A DNA stretch of 63,492 nt, the filler included, from Octopus bimaculoides (Eukaryota): the NCBI RefSeq assembly GCF_001194135.2. It is 8 parts of 8 records of this genome, joined end to end, with 100 filler letters (N's around TTAATTAATTAA, not from the genome) between each part and the next. Parts side by side here need not be neighbours in the genome. Positions count along the whole stretch, not along the records: positions 55,503 to 63,492 come from NC_068998.1; 7 more parts are not named here. One strand, written 5' to 3'. The notes under the pieces are model-generated. The model was not told where the DNA came from, did no database searches, and worked only from the letters and a program-made list of their open reading frames with translations. The position numbers were made by a program, and so were the translations under genes. Of the stretch, positions 63,291-63,492 are shown one piece after another (the first letter of the stretch is position 1; every line of letters begins with the position of its first letter).

Positions 63291-63492
63291 TCCGCCCCGA
63301 TATGCTGAAACTCGGATTTTATCAGGGCTACCGAATAATTGTCATATATTATATTTACAGATAAATTTCTCTATTTACATAATATCGAGGTCTCTTTCAT
63401 TCTTCTGTTGTCTTACCATTTTGCTGTCTTACCATTACTATCAATATATATACATATATATATGTATATGTATGTATGTAATATGAATAATG

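Overview
AT-rich, heavily gapped metazoan genomic DNA, dominated by microsatellites and retroposons. The SINE content and protein similarities suggest an octopus; this is an inference, not a database result. There is no prokaryotic content and no CRISPR array. Most ORFs in the six-frame track are translated microsatellites or N-gaps. Supported genes: (1) a complete two-coding-exon SNAP47-like SNARE on + (21576-22551, 23939-24213; 416 aa; splice phases match); (2) the first coding exon of TBP-related factor 2 (TBPL1/TRF2) on - (49267-48875), with the rest of the gene not visible in sequenced bases; (3) a candidate secreted-protein gene on + (signal-peptide exon 53621-53675 plus a 33-nt exon), apparently divergent from TRF2 across a CpG-rich, CCAAT-containing promoter. 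Mobile DNA includes at least five SINE-like families, fragments of RTE, R4/Dong-like and Penelope-like retroelements, a decayed hAT-like transposase, mariner/Tc1/hAT MITEs and two large foldback elements. The most interesting signals are RNA-structural. First, a four-copy ~250-nt element whose sequence has diverged strongly while a long 3' rod-like stem appears retained through compensatory changes. Second, two hammerhead-ribozyme-like motifs, each lying downstream of, and on the same strand as, a Penelope GIY-YIG fragment. Seven N-TTAATTAATTAA-N spacers show the window is stitched from separate contigs or scaffolds, so adjacency across them is uncertain.
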